A stretch of DNA of 64,000 nucleotides from Octopus sinensis (taxonomy: Eukaryota): positions 71,362,001 through 71,426,000 of the forward strand of contig NC_043002.1 in the NCBI RefSeq assembly GCF_006345805.1, in the 5' to 3' direction. A program made the translations under genes and the position numbers. Of this stretch, positions 51,396-63,394 are shown in pieces. The notes under the pieces were generated by a model. That model saw only the letters and a program-made list of their open reading frames with translations. It did no database searches and was not told the origin of the DNA. The stretch's first letter is position 1, and each line of letters opens with the position of its first letter.

Positions 51396-51629
51396 TGTGT
51401 CTGGGGAGAGTCATTTCTTTTTGTGCCTTATAATTTAACACACTCACCGGTAAATTTCCACTTATTTCTTATTTCTATTTTCCTAAAATTTTCGTTGCCT
51501 CTTGCAACCTTTTCATAGTCTTGACTATTGAAAATTTTAAGTAAATAAAAATAAGAAATAAGTGGAAATTCTACCGGCGAGTGTGTTAAATTATAAGGCA
51601 CAAGAAGAAAGTGACTCTCCCCAGACACA
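51396..51629. repeat. Inverted repeat (~105-bp arms) centred on tagtc-tt-gacta, PLE-type terminus
   Basis: tgtgtctggggagagtc...ccacttatttcttatt mirrors aataagaaataagtgg...gactctccccagacaca. Confidence 0.93.
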
Positions 51630-51632
51630 ACA

Positions 51633-51673
<41 letters not shown>

Positions 51674-52224
51674 AAAAGAAGAGAGAGAGGAGAATGAGAG
51701 GGAGAGAGACAAACAGAGGCCATAGAGAGAGGAAAAGAGAATCGCTTGTTGTGTGTTTGTGCATTTAGGTATGTATTTGTATGTATATATACACATGCCC
51801 TGTATATACATTGCCTATCAGTCAGTGTATTTCGAGTTTGTGTTAGTATGTTAGACAAATATTTAGCAACTAAAGAATGGTACGTGACATTAAACATTTT
51901 ATACGTGTATGGAGAGTGAAACGCAACATAATTAAAATTCCATAGTTCAATGATATTTCGTAGTTATGGCGAAAGATCACAACATAACTCCTTAACTTTA
52001 TTAAGCTTAGTAACTTTAATAAATACTCTTTCTTCACTAACGCAACTAGTTATTAGTAAACACGTAAACTTAATATTAATTTTGTTTAAAACCTTTCAAG
52101 TAATAAATTTAGCCAGACACGCGTAAGTGAAATGAAGAGCTCTACCTCAAATATACTTATAAATACTAGCAACCATACACAGATACAACACGTATATACA
52201 CACACGCACACACACACACATGGT

Positions 52225-52298
<74 letters not shown>

Positions 52299-53169
52299 TA
52301 TATTTATTTATTTAAGCGTACATACTCACGAAGGCATATTTATTTTTATGTGGACGTAAATGCACTGGCATCAATATTTTATATGTTGCTATCATAACAT
52401 CTATCTATATACATCAATACCAATCTCTTTATCAATCGCCACTTTATATTTATGTATTTATCTGTCCGCTTGATTATTTTCTAGTCTGTACTGCCTGTTT
52501 ATCTTCTAGACTTTCAACGAACGTAAAAGAAACTTTGACCTGGATGGATTTACAAGTGTAACAAGTCGTTAAAACAGAGATTCATAATTAAATGCCGGTA
52601 GACTGCTTTCGAAAGTTACACATCGCCCCCATCCTTCAGCATTTATGGGTAACTATTTCAGTTATTTATTTAATGTAACTTATACGCTTCGATCTAGGCT
52701 ACATCTAAATAAGTTGAATAGAATTTATGATTTGTTTAGAGATTAAACAATCACTTTTTCGGTATCTAGTTTTCACACCATTCTCGTTGCCCATTTTTCT
52801 TAATGTATGCATTTTATTTTTATATTTATATTTCAATAACATTTTGTGGTTTTGTTTTGACCTACCAGTTGCGCCATAAATGAATAGAGGACTTGACTTT
52901 AAGTGTGTTCCTCGATGCCTCGTAAAATGTTTATTGCAGGCACAAAACCCCATTTGACTAACGTTTCATTATAAGCATCCACATGCAGACAAGAGCATGC
53001 TCACGGACACATGCGCACGCACGCACTCACGCACTATCACATTCCCCCAGACATGCGTATAAATGTGTGTCCGTATGCCTGTTCGTGCGTGTACATATAT
53101 ACATATACGCACATATAGATATGTGCATGTTTGTAATATACATATATATATATATATACACATATATAT

Positions 53170-53238
<69 letters not shown>

Positions 53239-53556
53239 GTTCTTTGTATATACATGTGAGTCGATAAACATACACAGATGCACATATATGGGCACGCTAG
53301 TATGATTATGCATTTTGCATATAATTGTATATTTTACATATGCTTGCGTTCCTGAATTCATATAAATATGTATGTTTTGTGTAGGAGGGTATATACTTAA
53401 ATATTTTGATAGTTGGTTTCATAGGAATCAAATGCGATCTGAAAAGGGAAATATGTCGAAACACAAACAGATGCAACCACACATCCACGAATCTTTCCGT
53501 AGACTTCCCTGCGTTCCTAACTTCATATAAATATGCAATTTTTTGTGCATGAATGA

Positions 53557-53604
<48 letters not shown>

Positions 53605-54489
53605 TAATATATATATATATATATAATATATATATATATATGTATTTATATATATACTAGACTTTTATATATGTATATATATATATATATTTGCGTTCAT
53701 AGGCATAAAACGCGATCTGAAAAGGAACATATAACTATACACAAAAATGCAACCCAATAGGCACGAAACCTTGCGCAGACTTGCATACAAACATGCGAAC
53801 GGGTATAGGCAAACATATGCATCATGTATGTATTCGTGTGTGCGCGCATGTATGTGAGAGTGTTTGTATATGTGTGTGTGAGTGTGAGTGTGTGTGTTGT
53901 GTTTGTTTCTATATGTATGTCTGTATGTATGTATGTATGTATGTATGTATGTATGTATGTATGTATCTATGTATGTATGTACGTATGTATGTATCTATGT
54001 ATGTGTGTATTAATGTATGTATGTATGTATGTATGTATGTATGTACGTATGTAGAGGTACACACCTATAGAAGAATTTATGTAGATTTATGCCTCTGAAG
54101 ATCTTTAAATTGTCCTAAAACAAACTCTTCAAGCGAGTTAACGCGTAATGTATTCGGATGTGTTTATGTATGAAATGTTACGAGAGTGTGAAAGGATATG
54201 TGCTTTAACAATATAAAATCCTAAATAAAATTTCCCATTTTACGACCCAGCATCTACAAAGAAACAAAAACCTACATCCAAACCAGATAATCCACCCACC
54301 CCTACTATTTACTGTTACACAGACTAGACATGCTGCATGCTCTGAAGAGCCGAACGAAATCACTGGATGCTTGGATATAGAAAGTCAAAGTGAATAAAAA
54401 ATATAACGTTGAAGATAGCAGCCGCAACATTAAGGATGCTGTAAATATATACGTATGGTCCTTAATTGCCTATGACTTGATTCTACTCA

Positions 54490-55030
54490 CCTAAATTTGA
54501 AGGCACGTTTCCTAGATTTTGTGTGCATTATGTGCATTTGTGTGCACAAGTAACAGCCAACAGACTTGTTCTCAAGCGTTGGGGATGCAAACATAAATAC
54601 AAACACAAACGAGCATAAATAGATATACACGACTGGATATACACAATTTTTGTCTGTCCGATTTACGTATGACCTTTTCGTCTGCACAGTTTGTGACACA
54701 CCATACCATTCTTTTGTTTGGTTCAAATCTCATTTGCGAACACATGGAAAACGAACCTCCACCTACCATTCCGTGCACACCTTTCAATGCAGTGTATGTC
54801 AGAAGAACTGGAAATCTAACGGAGGCCACCAAAGACATTTTAAGATTCACCAAGATCAGAACCTAACTGCAGCTCTTGGTGTTCCAAATTGGATATGCAA
54901 TCTATGTGGATGTCTTTTCAAAGCATTGTCTGGTTTAAAAAGCCACATCAAATGCATGGTGGTTCTAAGGTGTAGGTACAGAAAACGGTCAAACTCTACA
55001 CAAGGAGTAGACAACCACTATGTTTGTATG
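54490..55030 (+). mobile_element. Probable RTE-like LINE 3' end encoding three C2H2-type fingers
   Basis: Two C-x2-C-x12-H-x3-H fingers plus a third ending H-I-K-C (54683-54958), with no TGEKP linkers. Ends ...gtagacaaccac before (TATG)n. Confidence 0.6.
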
Positions 55031-55095
55031 TATGTATGAGCTACTGCACGCATTTTTTTTCTCTCCTTCTTTCTGTGTTTTTCTCTCTCTGTGTA

Positions 55096-55133
55096 TCTTT
55101 CTGTTGAAGAGCGTAGGCTCGAAACGTTAAAGA
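55096..55133 (+). ncRNA. Minimal type I hammerhead-like motif in a PLE-type terminus (~55060-55230)
   Basis: Stem I UCUUU/AAAGA; core CUGUUGA (A6>U); extra A; stem II GAGC/GCUC; GAAA; palindromic ACGU; GUU triplet. Confidence 0.6.
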
Positions 55134-55304
55134 CTTGTTTTATTTATATTTCCTGAGCGCCATACTAATACAATTGTTCGTTTGTTTTCCACCTGCCTTC
55201 GTCTTTTGTTTATTTCATAATGCTTCCCGTTATGTATGTATGTATGTATGTATGTATGTATGTATGTATGTATGTATGTATGTAGTATGTATGTATATAT
55301 ACAT

Positions 55305-55350
<46 letters not shown>

Positions 55351-55391
55351 CATTATAAATATACATATATATATATACATTATAGTTATAC

Positions 55392-55444
<53 letters not shown>

Positions 55445-56209
55445 TATATATATATATATATTCACATTCATGTGTTTTTATATATAGTAGGTAATACTCT
55501 TGATTATGAATTTTGTACCTGGTATTTAACCGCGAATTTTCAAGATGCTATTTGTTTTTTAGATAATCTATAATTCGTATATGTATACCAAATAGTATAA
55601 GAGATTTTTACTTGCAATTTTCGTTGGGCTATGAGAGAAAATACAATAAAGAAAATAATCAAGAGTAAAATATAAAATTATGTCCTATATTTTGTATCTA
55701 ATGTTGTTTATACTTTTCAAAGCCGTATTCAAACGGACTTGATTTGAAAGTCCTTCCAGACGCATTCTATTTATTTATCTCTTTATTTATTGATTTATTT
55801 ATCTATATATTCAGATATTCTCTGTTGTGAAAACAGTATGGTGTTATTTCATAAAGTTTGGGTTGTTAACTGTAGCAGTCCTATAGTGACCAGCGAACTA
55901 CGTTTCCTACTTCGCTTTTGTCTTTTTCGTTTTTCGTGCATATCATACTGAATTTATAATGTTGTCGCGCCACAGCTGCCACTTCAGATGTTGACAGTCG
56001 ATTTAAATCTTTAATCACATTACTCTATCGTGTATAAGTGCATTCTTTGTTCATAGGCTGCCGTTATTTTTGATAAATTTAAGGCAAGGCTTCCTCCCAA
56101 CATGTATGGTTCACTTTCTACTATATTCATAATTGCGTTTTTATTTTCTAAATTTCTGTCTGTCTACCTGCAGCATCAATTTACATTTGTGCATAGGACT
56201 AAATATGTA

Positions 56210-56960
56210 TAGGAGGGTGGAATAAAGTTCATCGGTTGACGATGAAGGGAGTGATGCATGAATTATTATCCGCTCTTCTGATTAACAACTGCATTGACTC
56301 TTTTCAGCAAAACTGACATCTGACTCTTCAATGATTTCAAAAGAAACTAATATAGATCTCTTGAAAATGGACAAGATTTGTTATCGCGGTCGTATCAAGT
56401 GTCGGTAGACAATGGGTTTAACCGCTAAGTACATTCATGCTAGCATAGTTGCTACATTAATGTATGTCGCTCCAACTTTATCAATAGTGAAACACTGGGA
56501 AGGTAAAGTTTGGACGGAATGGGAGAGTAACGAAGATGACCCTGGGTACGGATGTCCTGCCACGGCCGCCACCAAATAAAATATTGATCATCTTCCTCCA
56601 CATGCTGACTATAACTGAAATAGCCAATGCTTGTAACATATCCCGTGAATGAGTTGAGAAATTTCTGCACAATGATCTTGGCCGAAGGTTTCTGCTTAAT
56701 GGGTGTCACGTCTTTAGACACCTGATCAAGAGCGCTCCAGGTTGGCATTGTTTTGGGTAGATCTAGCTGGTTTCCTTTAACGTTTTTTAACCCACTATGC
56801 GTGCTGGCTTCATAACTTTAAGCCATGGAAAAAGAGACAATCCATTCAGTGGAAACACCCCTCTTAATCCACTCCAAAGGAGACTAATGTCGTTTCATCT
56901 GCAGAGAGTGATGGCTTCAGTGCTTTGGGGAAAACACGGCAGTATATCAAAATTCTGGAG
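56210..56960 (+). mobile_element. Decayed irritans-like mariner transposase (5' part)
   Basis: MDKICYRGRIK...IHASIVATL...EDDP..GCPATAAT...TITEIANACNISRE*VEKFLHNDLG; QWKHP; KVMASV-like motifs. Confidence 0.8.
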
Positions 56961-57799
56961 AGATAACGACCACTTGGATGAGTTTAGAAATAGTCTCTTA
57001 ATGATATACTTGGTGTATGGCATATTTGTACAAATATTGCAATTTGAATGTTATAAATGTGCACGCGCGCAAACACACGCACACATACACACGCATGTAT
57101 ATAAATCATACACACGCACTTAGATACCCTTATTATATTTATGGTAGTTTCCCATACAATGTCGGATGAGCCCAATCCTCTCCTAATGAATTGATGACTA
57201 CAAAGATGTGGCATAGAACACCCAGGCTACAACGCAACAAGATCGAACAGGGAAATAAATGGAAGAAAGGCGGACATTTTTACCACGCAGTAATGCCAGC
57301 AGCTATTACAAAAAAGAAACTTTATACTGATTTTAACAAGTGAAAAGATCGATTGTGGATTATCAGATATTTTCTCCATTTGGAGAAATGGAATTGAATT
57401 GAAAGTAACGAGTGATAGGTCAAAGAAGAGGGTCAGAATTGTTGGAAGTAGGTCAATGGGGTTAAACAGACAAATGCTGCTATGTAATTTAGTGTTACAT
57501 TTCCTGGAAGAAGTGTTATCAAAGATATGAAAAAACGCAAGTTAGAAATAATAAAGAGAGTAAAAAAAACGGATTGGAATTGGAAAAGTGAAACACAGGG
57601 AATCGATATGAGAAATAGAGAATCTATAGGTATTGTATTGCATGCCATTTTACTGACCATCATTGTAACACATTCGTGTTCCTGTCAGGGATGAACAATG
57701 GAAGCAAGTTCTTGGTTACGTACGAAAGAAATTGTATTTGCACATACAAATCTGTGAGATATAGAATAAGCTGTAGAAGTATATGTATATATATATATT

Positions 57800-57970
57800 T
57801 CCTCTGTCTTCCCTTCTCTGGATCTTTCATTCTCCTATGCTTCCGACGAAGAGCTCCGCTCGAAACGTTAAACCCTCCTCCTTTCCTCCTTTCCTGAGCG
57901 TCCAATAATACTATATTTGTTCCACGTCCTCGCGTTGTTGTGTTTTTTTTGTGCTTTCATGTTTGGATTA

Positions 57971-57975
<5 letters not shown>
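57800..57975 (+). mobile_element. PLE-type terminus with hammerhead-like motif (related to the 55096 copy)
   Basis: CCGACGA-A-GAGC-tcc-GCTC-GAAACGTT, then ttcctgagcg...taata as in the 55096 copy. Ends tgtttggattaact before (TA)n; a matching end fragment lies at ~24305-24320. Confidence 0.65.
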
Positions 57976-58021
<46 letters not shown>

Positions 58022-58119
58022 TGAGGGAGATAAATTAATATTAATTTTAATATCAATTTAAAACCAGTAGTCCAGCATTCAAAAAATCTGAGGAGTCAGA
58101 GAAAATTCAAATATATGTG

Positions 58120-58220
58120 TATATTGGCAGGGCTGGCCTGCTAGGTAGCCGGACAGAATGCTAGAAGAAGATCTTCTAGCATTCTGGCCGGCTACCTAGC
58201 AGGCCAGCCCTGCCAATATA
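58120..58220. repeat. GC-rich near-perfect palindrome (49-bp arms, 3-nt loop)
   Basis: One mismatch between the arms. Flanked by TA. Confidence 0.97.
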
Positions 58221-58249
58221 TACATGCATATATATATATATATATACCT

Positions 58250-59460
58250 TAATTTTCGAGCTCGATCCGGAGTATTCGAGTGGTTCCAAACTATACTATT
58301 TTCCGCAAGTTCTCCTCCCTTATAGCAGCCCCTTTTTCTTCCATGTACTTCTCAAGACATTTACTCACTGTTCCCAGGGATCCGACAATTATTGGTACTG
58401 CTACCACCTTTTTCAGCGACCACAACTGCTTATCGTCCCAAGCTAACCTGTCATATTTATCGACTTTTCTTTGATCCTTATCGCTGGGCATGCTATATCT
58501 ATGATCCACTATGGTTTGCTTTCTTTCTCAATTAACACTACATCTGGTTTCCCTTTTGCTATCATTCCTAGGGCACCTATGACAACAGGGTGCTGTTTTA
58601 GTCTTGAGGTTCTATATTTTGCTAATTTTTATTTCAAGAGGTTTATAATTTCTCAGTTTTTGTTAGGTCTTTCAATATACCTTCATGTCTTTTGGGACAG
58701 TCATATCAATGAGGAGCTAGGATTTTTTTCTGAAGTCTTTCAATATAATGCCTAGCCCATACGCATCTATCTTTCTGTCAGTTTTAATGGTGAAGTTCCA
58801 GAGGAGTGAGATGTGAACGTTTTCAAGCACTGGAGGTAGCATATGTTCCCATCACATTTTATCCTGGGATAGGTCCAGGGATATGCAAATTATCCAGTGA
58901 ATATATTGTGCTGCTCTATCATGCCTGTTGAGATATTCTGTAGTCGCAAGAAAACTGCACATGTTGACAACATGATCAATGGTCACATTTTGTTGTTGAC
59001 ATACACGAAATGTTGGGCTACCACAGTTTTGGTAGTTTCTTGTAGGTAGGCAATGATCCTGGGCTGCTACGATAAACTCTTCCGTTTCTGATTTGAAGCC
59101 AGAAGACACTAGCCACTGATTATTATTTTCATAATCGCCTTTGCACAGTTTCTAACGCTCGAGATGTTCACTATTGGTGTACTAAGGTAACACCTCTTAT
59201 TTTTCGATCACCTTCCGGAGTATTCGAGCGGTTCCAATTTTCTGCAAGTGCTCACACTTATTGCAGCTCCTATTTGTTCCATGTACTCCTCAAGTGTTTT
59301 AATCACTGTTCTCAGGGCTCCGACAATTATTTGTGCTACTACCACCTTTCTCAGCGACCACAACTGCTTAACCTCCCAAGCTAACCTGTCATATCTATCG
59401 AATTGTCTTTCTTCCTTATCGCATACCTTGTTGTCAGCTGGACATGCTATATCTATGTTC
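58250..59460 (-). mobile_element. Restriction-like-endonuclease (R4/Dong/NeSL-type) LINE fragments in A-B-A' arrangement
   Basis: B: SETEEFIVAAQD...VCQQQNVTIDHVVNMC...EYLNRHDRAAQYIHW...LWNFTIKTD. A/A': KPDVVLIEK..IDIACP...RYDRLAWEVKQLW...IIVGALG. Confidence 0.85.
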
Positions 59461-59669
59461 CACGTATTGTTCCACGTATTTCTCATATTGTTCCACGTAT
59501 TATTATTATTATTTTATTGGTGTTTAAAATCCTCGATGAGATAAGTGAAACGGTGTAGCATGATGTATTACACGCCTGCCCAAAGGCTTGTGTCTTTGTT
59601 CTTGGCCAAACTGGGTCTATATAAGGAGCATGTCGATAACATAGACTCTAGTTCTTGGCTGGTACTATG

Positions 59670-59780
59670 TGAAAGATAAAGTTGACCACGATTAGATTTG
59701 AACTCACAACGTAAAGAGCCGGAGCTAATATCGCAAACCATTTTTTACCACGATCTTCGATTCAACCATCTCACCGACTT
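59670..59780 (-). mobile_element. SINE family B, diverged head
   Basis: gataaagttgac...atttgaactcacaacgtaaagagccgg. Confidence 0.65.
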
Positions 59781-61479
59781 AGGTATTTAAAAAAAAACTG
59801 CTGCAACAGCAACACTAACACATACAGAATACTTAATTTCACTAAAACGTATCTTCGAGTATGATCAAGCTGGCTGAAGAAAAGAAAATAGATAAAAAAT
59901 CTCTTCTACCGCTACAAAAATGAAAAAATAGAATAACTAGTACAGACAACCGTTGGATAAAGTAAAATGTGGTTATCAACAATCGCCATAAGTTTTACTT
60001 CATCAAATTTTCAACGGGAGAACTAATTAAATCTAATTGAATATCATTAAAGATTAAAAGTTTATTGACTAGAGATTTTACTTCATACCAATTTCTATTT
60101 CACTGTCAAGTTAACGCGATCATAAACTAAATTAGCGGGTAATAAAACATTGAAATTTGGAATACGAAGAAAGAAGATTATAAGAGTTGACCAGAGACTC
60201 TTTTATAATGATGAAAAAAATAAAGATAATAAACTAGTAAGAGTTTCATTGTATATTCAATACGAAAAATGGCGTCGGTTACGAATCGTAATCTGGAAAT
60301 TGAGACTAAATTTTGGTCTATTTTTTTTCGTTAATGATTTCATTACCGAAAATTTCTGCTCTGTACTGTAGTTCATTAAACGAGAAATCCTTAATTTCTT
60401 TTTAAATCATGTCTTTCAAACTCTATGTTGTTAATGAATAAGAGCAATCATGATACTGCGCTTTAAATTCCATTAATATAAGTAATAACCATTTTGAATG
60501 AAACAGTGCCAGTTTTATATGAATAACCTATACGCATTGCTTTGGTTTTCCGAGTGTAATATGTAAGTAAGTAGTAAAAAGCAAAATTTATTGAATAAAA
60601 TTATTACAACCTTTTGTTCATTTGAACTATTTCTCTTTTTTTTTTACATTTCCAAGCAATAAAAACACTTCCACTTCCCAATATAACACAGACCTGTTAC
60701 CTTTGGGCTCCATTGTGAATTTAGAGCACATTCAAGCTAGCAGTTGCAAATTTTACGATTCACTGACTTATTCATTGGCAACATTTAGCTGCAACCATCT
60801 CACTGGTGGGCTACATAAAACTTTGCACAATGTTATTAAAGCGGTAAATATTATAAAAATGCTTATCTGTTGAATACCTGCATTTTCGTAAAAGTTTAAC
60901 ATGAAAAATGAACAAATTGTACATTGCTTCTACTGTATTTTTTTTTTTTTTTACCACTTACTGAAGTTTGATGGCTTTCAAGAGAAAACTTCCTGCGACA
61001 TTTTTATGTTCTCTGCGATACTATTTTTAAATGTTTATAGTCGTGTGATGGGAAAATGTGCAATGAGCTAGAAAAACCAAAGGATTGACACCGTTTAACT
61101 TTTTGACTTCATCAATAAATTAAATGAGATGGACATAAAATGGAGTGAAAGAATATGAATTTATTAAAGCAAATTCTTTTATCAGAAAAATTACATTTAA
61201 CAAAAAAGTATAACATAATGTAATATTCTGCGCTATTCGGGTTTATGACACATAAAAGTAAATAATTATAGCTTAATAGTAGATATCCATGTGATAACCA
61301 AATTTTAAAAATATGCTAAACCGAAACTATTCCAGTTATCCGTAAGTTCGTTTCTTTCAGAAACGTTTTTTGTTCATTTAAACTCAAGTAAATTTGTTTT
61401 GTATTTTTATGTGTACTGTTTATATTCATTATTTATATATCCATTCATTTATCTATGATCAACAGCAATTTCAAGAGTA

Positions 61480-61699
61480 CGAGGATATGCGGGTGAAAAG
61501 TTCCTAGCTTTGGGTAAAAGAAAATAGAGGAGGATCAGTTAATTGTAATTCTATTCAACATATTGCCCTCTGAGATTAACACACTTATTGCAATGGTCCT
61601 TCAGTTCTTCTAAGCCCTGCAAAAGGACTCGGAAATTCGGGCCTCTAGCCACGCCTTTCGCGATAGCCTTAAAGCCGGGAACTTTTCAGCAACCCCTCG
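61480..61699. mobile_element. 220-bp mariner-derived MITE
   Basis: TA|cgagg...tgaaaagttcctagcttt at the left and aaagccgggaacttttcagcaacccctcg|TA at the right. Confidence 0.88.
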
Positions 61700-61789
61700 T
61701 AAAAAGAATTCCGGCTATAGAGGCAAAATAACAGTTGTAACGTTTGTGATCATGTAAAAATTGCTACTAGTACTTGACCAAGAGAGGAT

Positions 61790-62057
61790 TCTGTGTGGCG
61801 AGCTGGCAGAAACATTAGCGTGCCGATTGTGGCGAGCTGGCAGAAACGTTGCACGCCGGGCGAAGTGCTTAGCGGTATTTCATCTGCCGCTACGTTCTGA
61901 GTTCAAATTCCACCGAAGTCAACTTTGCCTTCAGCCTTTTGGGGTCGATAAAATAACTACCAATTACGCACTGGGGTCGAGGTAATCAACTTGACCCGCT
62001 TGTCTGTCCTTGTTTGTCCCCTTTGTGTGTAGCCCCTTGTGGGAAGTAGAGAAATAA
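61790..62057 (+). mobile_element. SINE family B, full-length with duplicated head
   Basis: tgtggcgagctggcagaaac occurs twice; B box gagttcaaattcc; tail gtagaagaaataag-like. Confidence 0.93.
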
Positions 62058-62212
62058 GAGGGGATTCTGTGTGGTGCGATAATTGTTCTCTAAGCAGCAA
62101 ACTAGAGTGTAAATAAAAGTGAAATGTTTTCTTAGTAGAAACTAATTTAAACATCTATATGGGACTATATGAACCACATTTGTTTTCATACATTTTCTTG
62201 GATTTAGCAGAG

Positions 62213-63388
62213 ACTAGCATTAAAGACCCGTCGTTGCCGGGTCATAGTGCTAGTGCATGTATATATGTGTATATATATTACATGTACATCTATATATATA
62301 TACATCTACACATAAAATACAAAATACAAAGTTATATCTTGATATCGCTAGTGATAACAATACTCAAAATATATAACAGACTGTAATTGTTAGCCCGTCT
62401 CTTGTAATTTCAATGAATTGTATCTTGTCCTCCCTCTTGTATAGAAGTGTGGCTACAATCCAGCCTACCTCTACTTCGGGGGGATGGGGTATTTAAATTT
62501 TTTTCTGAGACGTCCTACGTCCCAGATATAAAGGTAAAAATAAAATATTTCCACTTTGCAAGTTCGAGTCGAGTACTCCTTTGCACGCTCCGTTGACTCG
62601 AACCTTGCTTCTATTGTGGCGAATTTACCGCCTCTGATTAGATATCTTTCATAGTCACACCAAGACACTTTTCAAAGGTGCTTTCCTCCATGTGTTTAAA
62701 TCTTCTTTTTTCTCTACATAGTATACTTCATAGACAATAGTCTTTTCTTTAATTTAATTTTTTATTATCCATCTGGACTATTCAATTTCTGCACGCTAAT
62801 TTTATTTTTAATTTATTCCCATTCATGTGAAACCACTTATTCAAGTTCAAGTCATTGATGCAATTTTATACCAATTGCTATTTTTACTTTTGTTATGTTA
62901 CGATTATATTATACTTTAGTTTGATTTTAATTATTACTTACTACATATAATTCAATTTTTATTATTATTTTTATTGTTAAAGTGAAAGTATCTGACATAA
63001 AATAGACAAACGTTTTTGTTTCACTTTAACACGTAATACTGAAATAGTGGAGAAGATATGATATTGCTATGGGCTCGCTCTAGGCAAGAAGTTGAACATT
63101 TGTTTGCCCATGAAGCTACATGGACCCTATGTAAAGCATGTATAAAATTTAAATGAAATTGGTTGTGTAGTTCTCAAGTTTTAGGGAATCGTAGTGGAGA
63201 AAATATGATATTGCTGTGGGCTCGCCCTAGGCAAAAAGTTAAAATTGTTTTTGCCAATGACACTCCCCGGACCCTAAGTAAGGCATGTGTAAAATTTGAA
63301 TGAAATTGGTTGTGTAGTTCTCAAGTTTTAGGGAAACACACAGGCAGACAGACAGACACACATTTCAGTTTTATATATATATAAAGAT
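62213..63388 (+). mobile_element. Non-autonomous Helitron-like (Lep1-type) element with two 147-bp tandem units
   Basis: 5' ACTAGC plus hairpin gacccg/cgggtc. Repeats start at 63045 and 63192. 3' end is (acag)n-catttcagttttatatatatataaagat. Confidence 0.65.
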
Positions 63389-63394
63389 ACGTAT

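Noticed and set aside
54335-54385. CTGAAGA-g-ccgaa-c-GAAA hammerhead-like motif
   Set aside because: One-bp stem II, a disallowed AUG triplet and no stem I. At most a dead relic.
57527-57694. 55-codon ORF ending in signal-peptide-like MRNRESIGIVLHAILLTIIVTHSCSCQG
   Set aside because: Stops immediately with no GT donor, which is expected by chance in AT-rich DNA.
60267-60335. AAAATGGCG (YY1-like or start-context) motif with a 21-aa ORF
   Set aside because: Single short motif with no CpG island or downstream exon support.
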